NCBI GenBank assembly: GCA_051439605.1 | Contig: JBFRWN010000062.1 | Location: 1 to 56,802, forward strand | DNA: 56,802 nucleotides | DNA from: Synechococcus sp. | GTDB taxonomy: Bacteria; Cyanobacteriota; Cyanobacteriia; Thermostichales; PCC-7336 | Direction of reading: 5' to 3' | Shown here: in pieces, positions 38,232 to 48,930 of the stretch | How the letters are laid out: the number at the start of each line of letters is the position of its first letter | Numbering within the stretch: position 1 is the first letter of the stretch | Translations under genes and position numbers: made by a program | Notes under the pieces: model-generated | What the model was told of the DNA's origin: nothing | The model's input: only the letters and a program-made list of their open reading frames with translations | The model's database searches: none

Positions 38232-40289
38232 ATGAGCGGCGATCGCCAAGTGCAACTGTGGTTGAGTGGGACTTTGGGACTGGGGCTGTTGGCTCTGGTG
38301 GGAGGGATGGGGGTGGGATTGCTGCAATTGCAATCGACCCCTCCCTCACTGGCACAATCCCTGTCCACTCCAGATCGCAGCCTCATGCAGGCCACCGAAG
38401 CGTTGCGGTTGGGACGGGCACAGCAGTCTCTGCAACTCCTAGAAGATTTAGAAAGCCAACTGCCTGAATTGAGCGATCGCGTCGTCATGTTGCGAGCAAT
38501 GGCATACGAAGCGGCAGCCAGTCCTGTAGCCGCAAGCAACAGTTGGCAACAAATTTTGGACGATTATCCTAATAGCCCAATCGTGCCAAAAGCGCTGCTG
38601 GGACTCAAGCGCATCAACGAGATGCTTTCTCGCTTCCCCGATCATCCTGTCACGATTGAGTATTTGCAGGAGGCGATCGAGCAGCAGCCCCAGAATTTTG
38701 CAATTGTACGCCACCTCGCTGCTGTAGCCCCTGAAAGCAAAGGGCTAACGCCCCATCTGAATCGGTGGGTAGAAGCCCGACAAATCGCTTTTACGGCAGA
38801 CGATCGACAAGTCGTCGCGGATGCCTATTGGGCTCAGCGGGAATATGGCAAGGCTTCCCGTGCCTATCAACCGACTGCTGCAAATCCACAAAATCTGTAT
38901 CGCCTCGGCCGGTCCCATCAAATCTCGCGGGAACCTACAGCAGCCATTGCCGCCTACCAAAAGCTTTTAGCCCAATTTCCAACAGCAGATGAAGCGGGGC
39001 AAACTCGCCTCAAGCTGGCTGAACTGGTGAACACCAATGCAGCCATCGCCCTGCTTCGCCAAGAAGCGGATCGCAACTCTGAAGACTCCGCCACCGCTTT
39101 GCGAAACTTGTCGCGACTGTACGCCCGTATTGGAAACGCCACCGCCGCCAGCACCACCCGTCAACACCTGTGGCAGCAATATCCCCAAACGGCTGCTGCA
39201 GCTACGGAAGCTTGGGAGATTGCGACTCAGCGAGCCAAGGCCGGTAACCTCTCTGGGGCAATTGAGTTGGCCCAGCAGATTGGCACCCGTCAGGCAGATA
39301 CGGAATGGGGGGCGCAACTTAATTTTTGGTCCGGGAAATGGATGAACCAGCAGGGGAATTCCGCTGGAGCAGCATCTGCCTACCAAAAGGTCTTGCAGGA
39401 GGCCCGTTCTAGCTACTATGCCTGGCGGGCAGCATCTCTTCTTGGGTTGCCTGCGGGAGACTTTAAGAGTGGCCGTACTCCTGTGAACATCCAGTACCAA
39501 CCCTCGATTCTCCAACTACCAGGGGCATCAGCAGCGGTTCAACGCCTGCATATCATGGGAGATGCGGAAGCCGCTTGGCAGCGCTGGCAGTGGGAAACTT
39601 ACGATCGAGCTGCAACCACCCAGTCTGTCTTTGTAGGGGGAGTACTGCAAAATCGCAGCGGCGAGTATCTCGATCGCCTAAGCGGCATTAATGCTGTAGC
39701 CAGCTTGATTCAAAAAGCAGAAGAAGGAGATGTTACAGCTCACCAGTTGCAGCAGCGACCCGATTTTTGGCAAACCGTTTACCCCCTGCACCATTACGAG
39801 CGCCTCATTGCTGAGGCAGAGTCTTTTAGCCTCAACCCATTGGTGATGGCAGGGTTGATTCGCCAAGAGTCCCGCTTTGAACCCGAGATTGTTTCGCATT
39901 CGGGGGCGTTGGGATTAACTCAGGTCATGCCCGCTACCGGAGCCTGGATTGCCCAGAAAGTGGGCCGGTCGGTCTATAACCTTAAAACCCCCAATGACAA
40001 TCTACATTTTGGCGCCTGGTATCTGGACTACACCCACCGCAGCTACGACAACAATTCCATGTTAGCGATCGCCAGTTACAATGCGGGGCCAGGGAATGTC
40101 GCCAAATGGACCCAGCGCTATAGTTTGGCCGACCCCGATGCATTTGTGGAGCAAATTCCCTTTCCAGAAACCCGTAAGTATGTCAAAGCAGTGCTGGGCA
40201 ATTACTGGAATTATCTTCAATTATACGCACCGAACACCAACAACTTGGCCAACATGATGCAAGCGATCGCGACTACGCCCAATTCGTAA
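38232..40289 (+). CDS. Soluble lytic murein transglycosylase with TPR superhelix
   Basis: LIRQESRF, GALGLTQVMPATG, ASYNAGPG, FPETRKYV. Confidence 0.92.
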   Translation: MSGDRQVQLWLSGTLGLGLLALVGGMGVGLLQLQSTPPSLAQSLSTPDRSLMQATEALRLGRAQQSLQLLEDLESQLPELSDRVVMLRAMAYEAAASPVAASNSWQQILDDYPNSPIVPKALLGLKRINEMLSRFPDHPVTIEYLQEAIEQQPQNFAIVRHLAAVAPESKGLTPHLNRWVEARQIAFTADDRQVVADAYWAQREYGKASRAYQPTAANPQNLYRLGRSHQISREPTAAIAAYQKLLAQFPTADEAGQTRLKLAELVNTNAAIALLRQEADRNSEDSATALRNLSRLYARIGNATAASTTRQHLWQQYPQTAAAATEAWEIATQRAKAGNLSGAIELAQQIGTRQADTEWGAQLNFWSGKWMNQQGNSAGAASAYQKVLQEARSSYYAWRAASLLGLPAGDFKSGRTPVNIQYQPSILQLPGASAAVQRLHIMGDAEAAWQRWQWETYDRAATTQSVFVGGVLQNRSGEYLDRLSGINAVASLIQKAEEGDVTAHQLQQRPDFWQTVYPLHHYERLIAEAESFSLNPLVMAGLIRQESRFEPEIVSHSGALGLTQVMPATGAWIAQKVGRSVYNLKTPNDNLHFGAWYLDYTHRSYDNNSMLAIASYNAGPGNVAKWTQRYSLADPDAFVEQIPFPETRKYVKAVLGNYWNYLQLYAPNTNNLANMMQAIATTPNS

Positions 40290-40356
40290 ATCATGCGTTA
40301 GTCAGGGGGCGGGGTCAGCGGGGGTTACCTTCCTCCCTGATTGAGGTAAGCAGTCA

Positions 40357-41319
40357 CTATGCCCCTTTTGCCGCCACAGCCACATTCAAATCCCTAAACA
40401 TGGGCGTACTCAGATAACGCTCGCCGAAGCTAGGCTGTACCATCACGATTAATTTGCCAGCATTTTCTGGCCGCTTGCCCAACTGAAGTGCTGCTGCCAG
40501 AATGGCGCCTGTAGAGATGCCCGACAGTAGTCCCTCCTCTCGGGCCAGTCGGCGCCCGTAGTGAATACTGGTATCGTCATCGATCGGCACTACCTCATCA
40601 AATACCGACCGATCCAGAACATCCGGAATAAATCCTGCCCCAATCCCCTGAATTTTGTGGGAAGAGGGTCGGCCACCACTCAGAACAGCACTGGCACTGG
40701 GTTCCACTGCAATGACCTGTATCTCGCGCCGGAGTTCTTTCAAATAGCGACCCACACCAGTGATGGTGCCACCAGTCCCCACCCCAGCAACAAAGATATC
40801 CACCTGGCCGTCAGTGTCCCGCCAAATTTCTGGGCCAGTGGTGCGGTAATGAATTGCTGGATTGGCAGGGTTGGTAAACTGACCCAGCATGGTTGCATTG
40901 GGAGTATTACGGACGATCTCTTCGGCCTTCCAGATAGCTTCTCCCATGCCACCGCCACCGCGCACCAGTTCCACTTCGGCACCGTAGGCCTGCAATAGCA
41001 GTTGGCGTTCAACACTCATGCTTTCAGGCATGGTAATAATCAGGCGATACCCCTTAGCAGCGGCGGCCATAGCCAGCCCCACTCCTGTATTTCCCGAGGT
41101 CGGTTCAACCAACACTGTTGTTCCCGGAATCAACTGGCCAGCCTCCTCCGCCGCCTCAATCATGTTGACTGCAATCCGATCTTTAACCGAGGCTGCCGGG
41201 TTGAAGCTTTCCAGCTTTACAACAATGCGCGCCAAACATCCCTCGGATAGGGGAATAGAATTGAGCTGCACTAGTGGAGTACGTCCGATGAGCTGAGTGA
41301 TGTTTTCGGCAATATTCAT
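40357..41319 (-). CDS. cysK: Cysteine synthase A
   Basis: [36 protein letters not shown]; start set at ATG 41319. Confidence 0.96.
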   Translation of the reverse strand: MNIAENITQLIGRTPLVQLNSIPLSEGCLARIVVKLESFNPAASVKDRIAVNMIEAAEEAGQLIPGTTVLVEPTSGNTGVGLAMAAAAKGYRLIITMPESMSVERQLLLQAYGAEVELVRGGGGMGEAIWKAEEIVRNTPNATMLGQFTNPANPAIHYRTTGPEIWRDTDGQVDIFVAGVGTGGTITGVGRYLKELRREIQVIAVEPSASAVLSGGRPSSHKIQGIGAGFIPDVLDRSVFDEVVPIDDDTSIHYGRRLAREEGLLSGISTGAILAAALQLGKRPENAGKLIVMVQPSFGERYLSTPMFRDLNVAVAAKGA

Positions 41320-41359
41320 AGAGGCTGATGAAAAAGAGAAGATAGGGTCAGACGGGCCA

Positions 41360-41923
41360 TCAGGATTGGGACGCAGTGGAGGCAGGGCTAGAGTTCGCTG
41401 AATGGGTATTAGCCAAATTGATGGTAGCCAGATTGGTGAAGGTTGGGTCGAGGCGATCGACAAATAAGATGCCATTGAGGTGATCGATCTCGTGCTGCAG
41501 AATGCGGCTGAGAAAGCCTGAAGCTGTGAATTCTACTCGCCCTCCTTCAGGATTGTAGGCAGCGACGCGAATCCATTCAGGACGCTCGACGTCCCCCCGA
41601 CGCCCTGGGACGCTCAGGCATCCCTCTGAATAGCGACAAGTATTTGCTGAAACGTCCAGAATTTCGGGATCGATCCAAATTTGCAAGGGAATATCGGGAA
41701 TGTCGGGATAACGGGGATTATTGCTGCACTCAATGGCGATCGCCCGTTGGGAACGAAACACTTGGGGGGCTGCAATCCCAACCCCATTACGCATTCTGAG
41801 GGTGTCAACCAAATCGACTAAAAACGCTTGAAACTCTAGGGATGAAATACTGTCGAAGGGCACTGGCTGCGCCACTTGGCGCAGGATTGGGTCGCCGATT
41901 TCTGCAACGGGCAAGCAAGCCAT
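41360..41923 (-). CDS. def: Peptide deformylase
   Basis: [20 protein letters not shown]. Confidence 0.96.
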   Translation of the reverse strand: MACLPVAEIGDPILRQVAQPVPFDSISSLEFQAFLVDLVDTLRMRNGVGIAAPQVFRSQRAIAIECSNNPRYPDIPDIPLQIWIDPEILDVSANTCRYSEGCLSVPGRRGDVERPEWIRVAAYNPEGGRVEFTASGFLSRILQHEIDHLNGILFVDRLDPTFTNLATINLANTHSANSSPASTASQS

Positions 41924-42106
41924 ACAAACGCTAGGACATAAACCCTTCAATCCTAACTCCGAACTTCAACAGACATCGCAGCATTGCATCACAAGATGGA
42001 AATATCGCGACCGTCAATTCACTCGGAATATCTCACCTATTAGTAACCCTGACTCTGCCTAAATCTTCCTGTTCTGACAGAGAGAGTAGAGATGTAGCTA
42101 AAAACA

Positions 42107-43714
42107 TCAACAGGGATTGCTCCAAACAACATTGTCAGCGGACACAATCTGGTTACGCCCTTCGGCTTTAGCACGGTATAGAGCCCGATCGGCCATTTCT
42201 ATGAGTGTTGAAGGGGTATTCTCGTTGTTGGGTACAACCGATCCGATGCCTTGACTGACAGTCAGCAAGGAACTCACCGGAGAAGTATTGTGTTGAATAT
42301 TGGCTTGGGCGATCGCCTGCTGAATGGCGCAAGCAATTTCTTGGCCCTTATGAGAGCGATCGGAGTTCAACAGAATGGCAAATTCTTCTCCACCATATCT
42401 GGCAACCACTCCGGCATCTGATGGCACCGCACTCTTAATGGATTGGGCTACCAGCCGCAAACAATCATCCCCTGCTTGATGGCCGTAGCAATCGTTGTAG
42501 CGTTTGAAATAATCGATATCCAATAAAATCAGGGTAAGCGGTGATTGGGTTTGATGGGCTAGTTGCCAGGCTCGATCCATACCGCTGTCGAAATGATAGC
42601 GGTTGGCTAGATGGGTTAAGCCGTCCGAGGTGGCAAGCAGGTGCAAGCGAGCATTGGCAGTGCGCAGTTCAGTGGTCCGTTGCTTGACCTGCGTTTCTAA
42701 ATTTTGGGAATAATCCGCCAACTGCTGATTCTGGGTTTCTAAGGCGGTGGAGTAGTGGTGAATATCCTTCACCATGGAGTTAAACACATCCGCTAGCACC
42801 TCTAGTTCATCGCCAGTGTTGAGTTCAACGGTGCTTGTGTAGACTCGGTTTCGTACCCGCCAAGCCGCATCGGTCAGGACTTGTATGGGTTTGCCCAGCC
42901 AGCGGGCTACGATTGACGCCAACAAAATTGACAGCATCAAACTCATTGCAACAATGCCAATACAAATATTGCGCAGCCTAACCAGGTCGTTGAACTCGCT
43001 TGTCACCAGCAGATCTAGCCCCAACACAGCAATGGTCTCTCCCGAAGCAGCTTTGATAGGAACGGCAGCGGTCGTGGATGTATAGAACGCATCGGTATAG
43101 AACGACTCGGCTACCTGACTCTCCCCTTCAAAGGCTTGGGCAAAGATGGGGGAAGTGGGGCGATACAAGTTGCCGATGGGATTGCCCGGCCAGTCATCCC
43201 CCTCGGGGTCGGGGGCAAAGGAGGCAATAAACTTAATAACATCCCGCTCGGGGGACAAGGGAGTAGTAATGGCTAGATAGGGAAGAACCGAACTGGGATA
43301 AGCCAGAAATTCCTGTGGATAATAGTCCTTCAGAGGTTCGACTTCATTACGACTGGCACGATTGATCGCCCGCAGTGACTGACTAAGCCTCTGGAACTCT
43401 GGAGTTTGGTGAAATCGCTCGATATTTTCTGCAGACAGGCTATTCAAAGAATTGCCCGGAGAGAGTGCTGCTAGTTCGGCACGGGTTGCATCAGATAAGC
43501 GATCGATATCTGCCTTGAGAGTCAGGATATCCTCCCGCATCTCCTCGTCAATGAGGAATGTCCCCATTTGGGCCATATCTTTTAGCCGTTGATTGATCTG
43601 AGTCAACAGCAAATGATGGGTGTTGCGATAAACGTACAGTACGCTAACACTGGTCAAGCCAACGGTCAGTACTGATATTGCAATGCCTAACTTCAGATTG
43701 AAGGACAGACGCAC
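42107..43714 (-). CDS. Membrane sensor diguanylate cyclase (TM-periplasmic-TM-HAMP-GGDEF)
   Basis: DGLTHLANR, DIDYFKRYNDCYGHQAGD, RYGGEEF. Confidence 0.93.
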   Translation of the reverse strand: MRLSFNLKLGIAISVLTVGLTSVSVLYVYRNTHHLLLTQINQRLKDMAQMGTFLIDEEMREDILTLKADIDRLSDATRAELAALSPGNSLNSLSAENIERFHQTPEFQRLSQSLRAINRASRNEVEPLKDYYPQEFLAYPSSVLPYLAITTPLSPERDVIKFIASFAPDPEGDDWPGNPIGNLYRPTSPIFAQAFEGESQVAESFYTDAFYTSTTAAVPIKAASGETIAVLGLDLLVTSEFNDLVRLRNICIGIVAMSLMLSILLASIVARWLGKPIQVLTDAAWRVRNRVYTSTVELNTGDELEVLADVFNSMVKDIHHYSTALETQNQQLADYSQNLETQVKQRTTELRTANARLHLLATSDGLTHLANRYHFDSGMDRAWQLAHQTQSPLTLILLDIDYFKRYNDCYGHQAGDDCLRLVAQSIKSAVPSDAGVVARYGGEEFAILLNSDRSHKGQEIACAIQQAIAQANIQHNTSPVSSLLTVSQGIGSVVPNNENTPSTLIEMADRALYRAKAEGRNQIVSADNVVWSNPC

Positions 43715-44029
43715 GATATAGCCGTAATTTCACTCCGGTCATCGAATCAAATTTACCCAGCCAACCCACTCACAACTCGTAAGCCTTAGCAGTGCTTTAT
43801 TATTGTGGCTTCGTTTGTTTGGGTTGGGCCATCCTCTTACGAGGATGATGTGTGTGGATCGAGTCGGTAATGCTTAGCCCCTAAACTAAAGCATTTGATT
43901 CTTAGCCTGCGTGAAAACCAAATTACAGAAAATTTGGGAGATTGTCAGCTGTCTGTTGCCGTGACCGTCAAGCTACGGAGGTCAGACATCAGACCGTTCG
44001 TGGGGCCATAACCTTTACGGGGGAATGAT

Positions 44030-44923
44030 TTACCCTTCCCGGGCTTGCAAGTCTTCGATCACTTGCTGCAGGTCAGATTTTCCCACGCGGTAGATCTCGT
44101 TACAAAAGTGGCAGGTGCCCTCAGCACCACCATCTTTCTCAATCATGTCTCTTAGCTCTGCCTCTCCTAGCAGTCGCAAAGCCCTCAACATGCGATCGGC
44201 ACTGCAGGGGCAGCTAAAGCGAATCATCTGAGTCTCAGGTGCAATTTGCAATTCCCATTTCCCCAGTACACTCTCAAGAATGTCTGTTAAGGCCATTCCC
44301 GATCGCATCAGGGGGGTAAATCCCGTTAGCTCCGAAAGTTTGCTCTCCATATCGTCAATCAGCCTGGCGGGGGCTCCAGGCAACACCTGAATCATCATGC
44401 CCCCAGCCTGCTGGACCCCTTCGCTATCGACAAATACCCCCAACAACACTGCAGAGGGGGTCTGCTCGGAGGTCGCTAAATACTGAGTGACATCATCTCC
44501 AATTTCGCCGGAAACAAGCTCAACTGTACCGCTGTAGGGATAGCCAAATCCCAAATCTCGGATGACATGTAAAGTGCCATCGCGACCAACCGCCCCCCCC
44601 ACATCTAGCTTCCCTAGCTTGTTTGGTGGGAGTTCCACCGCTGGGTTTTGAACGTAGCCCCTGACGGTTCCATCGGCTCCTGCGTCAATCCAGACCTTAC
44701 CCAGTGGCCCACCCCCCATGAACTGAAAGTTAATACGAGCATCCAATCGCTTCATGCCTGTGGATAGCAGCAGACCGGCTGTCATAGACCGGCCAAGTGC
44801 CGCTGTGGCCACGTATGACAGTTGGTGACGTTGACGAGCCTCTTCGCAGAGCTGGGTGGAAATGGCAGAAACTGCCCGCACATTTCCGTTCGCTGCCGTT
44901 GCCCGAATTAGATGATCTGCCAC
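44030..44923 (-). CDS. hslO: Hsp33 redox-regulated chaperone
   Basis: SGEIGDD, SEQTPS, CPCS and CHFC Zn motifs. Confidence 0.96.
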   Translation of the reverse strand: MADHLIRATAANGNVRAVSAISTQLCEEARQRHQLSYVATAALGRSMTAGLLLSTGMKRLDARINFQFMGGGPLGKVWIDAGADGTVRGYVQNPAVELPPNKLGKLDVGGAVGRDGTLHVIRDLGFGYPYSGTVELVSGEIGDDVTQYLATSEQTPSAVLLGVFVDSEGVQQAGGMMIQVLPGAPARLIDDMESKLSELTGFTPLMRSGMALTDILESVLGKWELQIAPETQMIRFSCPCSADRMLRALRLLGEAELRDMIEKDGGAEGTCHFCNEIYRVGKSDLQQVIEDLQAREG

Positions 44924-45167
44924 AAATCCTCCGCTGTTCTAGACGGCGCTGGTGGGTTGCACGCTAGCGAAACCCCACGATCGCAGGTAGCGGCACTTCT
45001 TTAATATGCTTCAGTTTAACACTCTGTTACATATGCTTCTGCCTGACTGCTTGCAGTCATTGGGCTCAATCATTGGCTGTTGGACAAACAAGATAAACCT
45101 TGCGGAGATTTCCCCTGACAGGGGTTAGGAGCAAGCATTTTTCCACTGCCAAATCTAGTGCTTAACA

Positions 45168-45815
45168 TCACGCGGTAGTAGTATCCAGGACGCTATCTAA
45201 CTTTTGAACAATCGCCTGAATCCAGTCGCGATCGCGTTCGGTAAAGCTGCGCGGCGCGTCTGACCCCAAAACTAAAATGCCTCGATCTCCAATGGGCTCG
45301 CACAATACGGCCTGGGTATTGCTGGGCAGAAAATCAAATTCGAAGCGAGCTGGAAACAGCTTCAGGTCCACAAGATAGACCGGTTTCTGCTGGCTGACCA
45401 CCCGCTGCAAAATGCTTCCTAGCTGGATGGATTCTCCCAGCATTCCAGAGTCGCCGTCAGACAGAATCCCTCGACGCAGCAGCAGGCAGCTGTCATAGAT
45501 CACTGCGATCGTTTGAGCGGGGCTGGCAAGCAGTAGCGATCGCGTGGCCCACCCTAACTCTAGGGTTTGAGTCTGGGTGAGAGTCTCGTCAAACTCGAAC
45601 CCTTGTTTTCCCTCTAGAACAACCGCTTTAGGCTGCTTTGGCTGTACTTGCTGCCACAACAGCCCCGTCAAAATTAGTAGAGCGCTGAGCACAACCCCAA
45701 GGGCATCGGAACGGGACTGACTATTCAGTAGAGCTGGGCTGAACGCAATCCGGTTAATCAACAGTAAACTGCCCCCTAATATCCCCGCCACCAAAGGAAG
45801 ATAGCGAACTACCAT
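45168..45815 (-). CDS. CCB2/CCB4 family cytochrome b6f heme assembly factor (CCB4-like)
   Basis: LLLINR, SQSRSDALG, LKLFPARFEFDFLPSNTQAVLCEPIG, APRSFT; start set at ATG 45815. Confidence 0.82.
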   Translation of the reverse strand: MVVRYLPLVAGILGGSLLLINRIAFSPALLNSQSRSDALGVVLSALLILTGLLWQQVQPKQPKAVVLEGKQGFEFDETLTQTQTLELGWATRSLLLASPAQTIAVIYDSCLLLRRGILSDGDSGMLGESIQLGSILQRVVSQQKPVYLVDLKLFPARFEFDFLPSNTQAVLCEPIGDRGILVLGSDAPRSFTERDRDWIQAIVQKLDSVLDTTTA

Positions 45816-46444
45816 GGCAGCAACTCCCAATTGAGATGTGAAGCAGTTTGCTGGAGTTCTTGTGAACGATCCAGCCCCGCAGCTGACCCCTTTTCTAGAG
45901 AGAGGGGTATATGTCCTATCAGCGGAACGCGGGTAATCTTCTCGATGGAATCGGTAAGTTGAGCGACATCTGCATTGCCCTTGCCCACAAAGACGTATCC
46001 CAGCAACGGTGTTTTGTGATGTTGGGCAAGCGCAGTAAAGGCAACAGCAATACTGAGGGCCTGGGGATGAGGAGGAAGAGTGAGCAGGGCCGATAGCCGC
46101 CAATCTTGACAAAGACTGGCCAACGTTGAATGGGCATCAATTGCTTCCCCAAAACTACCGGGGTAGGCGATCGCAATAGCGCCACTGCTCCGTTGTCGAC
46201 CATCTTGGCTATCCCCATCGCCTTTACTCTGATCGCTAGGAATCCTTTTGCCTTCCAAAAGCTGAACGTACTCTTGCCAGGTGGCCCCCCAATTCACCTG
46301 AGTTAAATCGGTTGGAAGGTACAACGTCTGCAGCGATCGCTGCAGCACCTGTTGTCGATAGGCAGTCAAAGCTTGCAGCAGCAGCATCGGGGCTAACCCA
46401 GTATCGCCCCAAGCAACGGTGTCAGCAATTAGCAAACCGGTCAC
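45809..46444 (-). CDS. Degenerate dethiobiotin-synthetase-like (BioD-fold) protein
   Basis: BioD-like C-terminal half (GSFG, LCQDWRL, PLLGYV, VPLIGHIP) without a recognisable P-loop. Confidence 0.6.
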   Translation of the reverse strand: MTGLLIADTVAWGDTGLAPMLLLQALTAYRQQVLQRSLQTLYLPTDLTQVNWGATWQEYVQLLEGKRIPSDQSKGDGDSQDGRQRSSGAIAIAYPGSFGEAIDAHSTLASLCQDWRLSALLTLPPHPQALSIAVAFTALAQHHKTPLLGYVFVGKGNADVAQLTDSIEKITRVPLIGHIPLSLEKGSAAGLDRSQELQQTASHLNWELLPW

Positions 46445-46920
46445 GAATATTGCTCCAAAAGCTGGAAAAATTCCGGATCGATGTCGTATCCCAGTACCTT
46501 TGCCATGCTTTTCACATCGGCAACGCTGCCAAAGTCCTTATCTTTGAACCATTTCAGCAGTACAAAGATTTTTTGCATGACAAAGATCTCTAGGGCTTCG
46601 GGGTTGTACTGAATTCCCTCCCGTTGGCTGAACTGGTGGGGAACCAACATAGCGGCATAGCGGGATAACTCTCCAGCCCGCCAATCCAGGAAATAGGGTA
46701 ACCAGGGATAGGCCACATCCAACCGCACGAACCACAGCCTCACTTCGGCAATTTCCGATAGCTCGCGGGGATCGCTATCTTCGCGGGGGAAGTCGATCTG
46801 AAACTGTAATTGTTGGGCACAGCCGGTGGGGTTTTGCAGGAGCGCCTCCACCACTTGGTGACCGGCACTGAGATCTAGATTGGCGATTGCTTGGGGGGTA
46901 ATGACCAGGGGAACACTCAT
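46441..46920 (-). CDS. CRR6 family NDH-1 (NdhI) maturation factor, DUF1817
   Basis: DPRELSEIAEVRLWFVRLD, RYAAMLVPHQF, NPEALEIF. Confidence 0.9.
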   Translation of the reverse strand: MSVPLVITPQAIANLDLSAGHQVVEALLQNPTGCAQQLQFQIDFPREDSDPRELSEIAEVRLWFVRLDVAYPWLPYFLDWRAGELSRYAAMLVPHQFSQREGIQYNPEALEIFVMQKIFVLLKWFKDKDFGSVADVKSMAKVLGYDIDPEFFQLLEQYS

Positions 46921-46990
46921 GAGGATTGTATAAGGTGCAAAGTTGCAGCACATCGATCGGCCAACCAGAAAGTCAGCAGCGCTTTAACCA

Positions 46991-47857
46991 CTAAGAGGCA
47001 GCAGAAGAAACACGAGAAGATGATTCATCCACGCGACGTCCAATCGCCAGTTGGCGCTGGGCTGCCTGCACAAATCGACTCACTTTGATGGGATCGACTG
47101 CTTCTGAGAACTTGCCACGCCGTTTGAGAGAGGTGGCAACGATGGCACCATCTGCCACCTCTAGCATGGAACCAATGTTGTCGATGTCAGCACCGGAGCC
47201 AATAAAAATCGGCGTATCGGGGGCTGCTGCACGGGCCATTTCCAACTCATCCATGGCTGGAGGATGTCCGGTCGCCCAACCCGACAAAATAATGCCATCA
47301 GCCAACCCCCGCTCTACGGTATCTTTCACCACAGAAATAGGAGTTGCCGTAGCTAACGGGCGAGCGTGCTTCACCAATACATCCGCATAAATTTGTACGT
47401 CTACCCCCAAGTGGCGACGGTAGCGCAGCAGGTTGTAGGCGTCCCCCTCAATCGTGCCCTGGTCGGTTACCATCACCCCTGAGAGCACGTTGACACGAAT
47501 AAACTTGGCACCGGTACAAGCGGCGATCGCCAAGGCACTATGGCCGTCATTGCGCAAAACATTGAGACCGAGGGGAAGCTGTACCATCTGCTCGATGCGC
47601 TTGACGACAATACTCATAGCGCTGACGACAGCCGGATCGACCTGCCCCTTGGTAAAGGGCATATCGTTGTAGTTCTCGATAATGACACCGTTAATGCCCC
47701 CAGCCGCTAAGGCCGTGGCTTCCCGTTCCGCCTGAACGATAACGGCATCGAGATCCCCTCTCCACAGGGGAGACGTTGGCAGAGGCAGCAGGTGCACCAC
47801 CCCAATAATGGGGTTGGGGGTATTAAAAATGTGCTCGAGAGCAGCCACAGCTTGCAA
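46991..47857 (-). CDS. btpA: Photosystem I biogenesis protein BtpA
   Basis: IGVVHLLPLP, IENYNDMPF, NVLRND, IRVNV, ADVLVKHA; TTG start. Confidence 0.93.
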   Translation of the reverse strand: MQAVAALEHIFNTPNPIIGVVHLLPLPTSPLWRGDLDAVIVQAEREATALAAGGINGVIIENYNDMPFTKGQVDPAVVSAMSIVVKRIEQMVQLPLGLNVLRNDGHSALAIAACTGAKFIRVNVLSGVMVTDQGTIEGDAYNLLRYRRHLGVDVQIYADVLVKHARPLATATPISVVKDTVERGLADGIILSGWATGHPPAMDELEMARAAAPDTPIFIGSGADIDNIGSMLEVADGAIVATSLKRRGKFSEAVDPIKVSRFVQAAQRQLAIGRRVDESSSRVSSAAS

Positions 47858-47923
47858 GTCTCCTCGCCAAAAAGGACAGTGGATGAGAGGTCGATCGCGG
47901 ATGAAACGGCCTGACCCAAATGA

Positions 47924-48559
47924 ATGCTTGTTTTACCAGTTGCACCCATGACAGCGTTGCCGTCAGACTCTATCCAGCCTAGCGCTATTCGGATCCCTCA
48001 AGTGGGTTACCACCCATCGAAGGCAGTGGTGGCGATCGCCTTAGGTAGCAATCTGGGCAACCCAGAGAAGCACATTGAGGCTGGATTGACTAGCTTACAG
48101 CAGCACGTTGCGATCGCCCTGCTGCAAGTATCGCCTTGTTTCTGGACAGAACCGGTCTATTGGGAGGAGTCTCCTCAAGAGCCATTTCCGGCCTATTTGA
48201 ATGGAGTAATTTTGCTCTTAACTACCCTTTCGCCGGTCCAACTGATGCAAGTGTTGTTGGAGGTGGAAAACAACCAGGGACGTAGACGTGAAGCCCGTTG
48301 GGCATCTCGGACGTTGGATTTGGATATCTTGCTGTGGGAAAAAACTGTGGTGAACTTACCAGAAGTGATAGTGCCTCACCCCCGCTTGACTGAGCGGCCG
48401 TTTGTCTTAGTGCCCCTGCAGCGAGTTGTCCCCCATTGGATTGTGCCTGGGGTCGAGCTGACAGTGGAGGAACTTGCGACCCAAGTGGGAACGTCCGGAG
48501 TGGAGATGGATGCCCCTGTAGAAATTGCACTCCCCCCGGCTGGGCCCCTTCACTGTTAG
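47924..48559 (+). CDS. folK: HPPK (2-amino-4-hydroxy-6-hydroxymethyldihydropteridine pyrophosphokinase)
   Basis: IALGSNLG, RTLDLDIL, PHPRLTERPFVLVPL. Confidence 0.94.
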   Translation: MLVLPVAPMTALPSDSIQPSAIRIPQVGYHPSKAVVAIALGSNLGNPEKHIEAGLTSLQQHVAIALLQVSPCFWTEPVYWEESPQEPFPAYLNGVILLLTTLSPVQLMQVLLEVENNQGRRREARWASRTLDLDILLWEKTVVNLPEVIVPHPRLTERPFVLVPLQRVVPHWIVPGVELTVEELATQVGTSGVEMDAPVEIALPPAGPLHC

Positions 48560-48573
48560 GAATGGAAAAGAGT

Positions 48574-48795
48574 CTAGTGGAAAAGATAGGAGACACCGAC
48601 CAGGAAACCCAAGACTGCAGCTACTGTGAGACCAAAGTGAAAGAGAGAGGTACCCCCTCTACGGACCATATTGCGCATGGCCAGCTTGGTATAGCTGTCC
48701 TCTGGCTTAGCCATGTACTTGGGGTTAACGGAGGGTATCTCGCTAACTTCGGGTGAAGGGGAAACAGTTACGTCGGCCTGAGTCGAGTCAGTCAT
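48574..48795 (-). CDS. DUF3285 family small membrane protein
   Basis: SYTKLAMRNMVRRGGTSLFHFGLT. Confidence 0.85.
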   Translation of the reverse strand: MTDSTQADVTVSPSPEVSEIPSVNPKYMAKPEDSYTKLAMRNMVRRGGTSLFHFGLTVAAVLGFLVGVSYLFH

Positions 48796-48930
48796 GAGGA
48801 ATTTAAGAAAATGGGAGCGTCACGTTCCCAGTCTAATGTGCGATTGGATGGGCGATCGCCACTGGCTCTACTGCCAATTGGACGTTTCTCAATATTTGAG
48901 GGCTTGCGATGGTCAATCCAAAATCGCAGC

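Noticed and set aside
45014..45033. RpaB HLR1-like repeat upstream of hslO
   Set aside because: Only one half-site (GTTACATA) matches well; too weak to call
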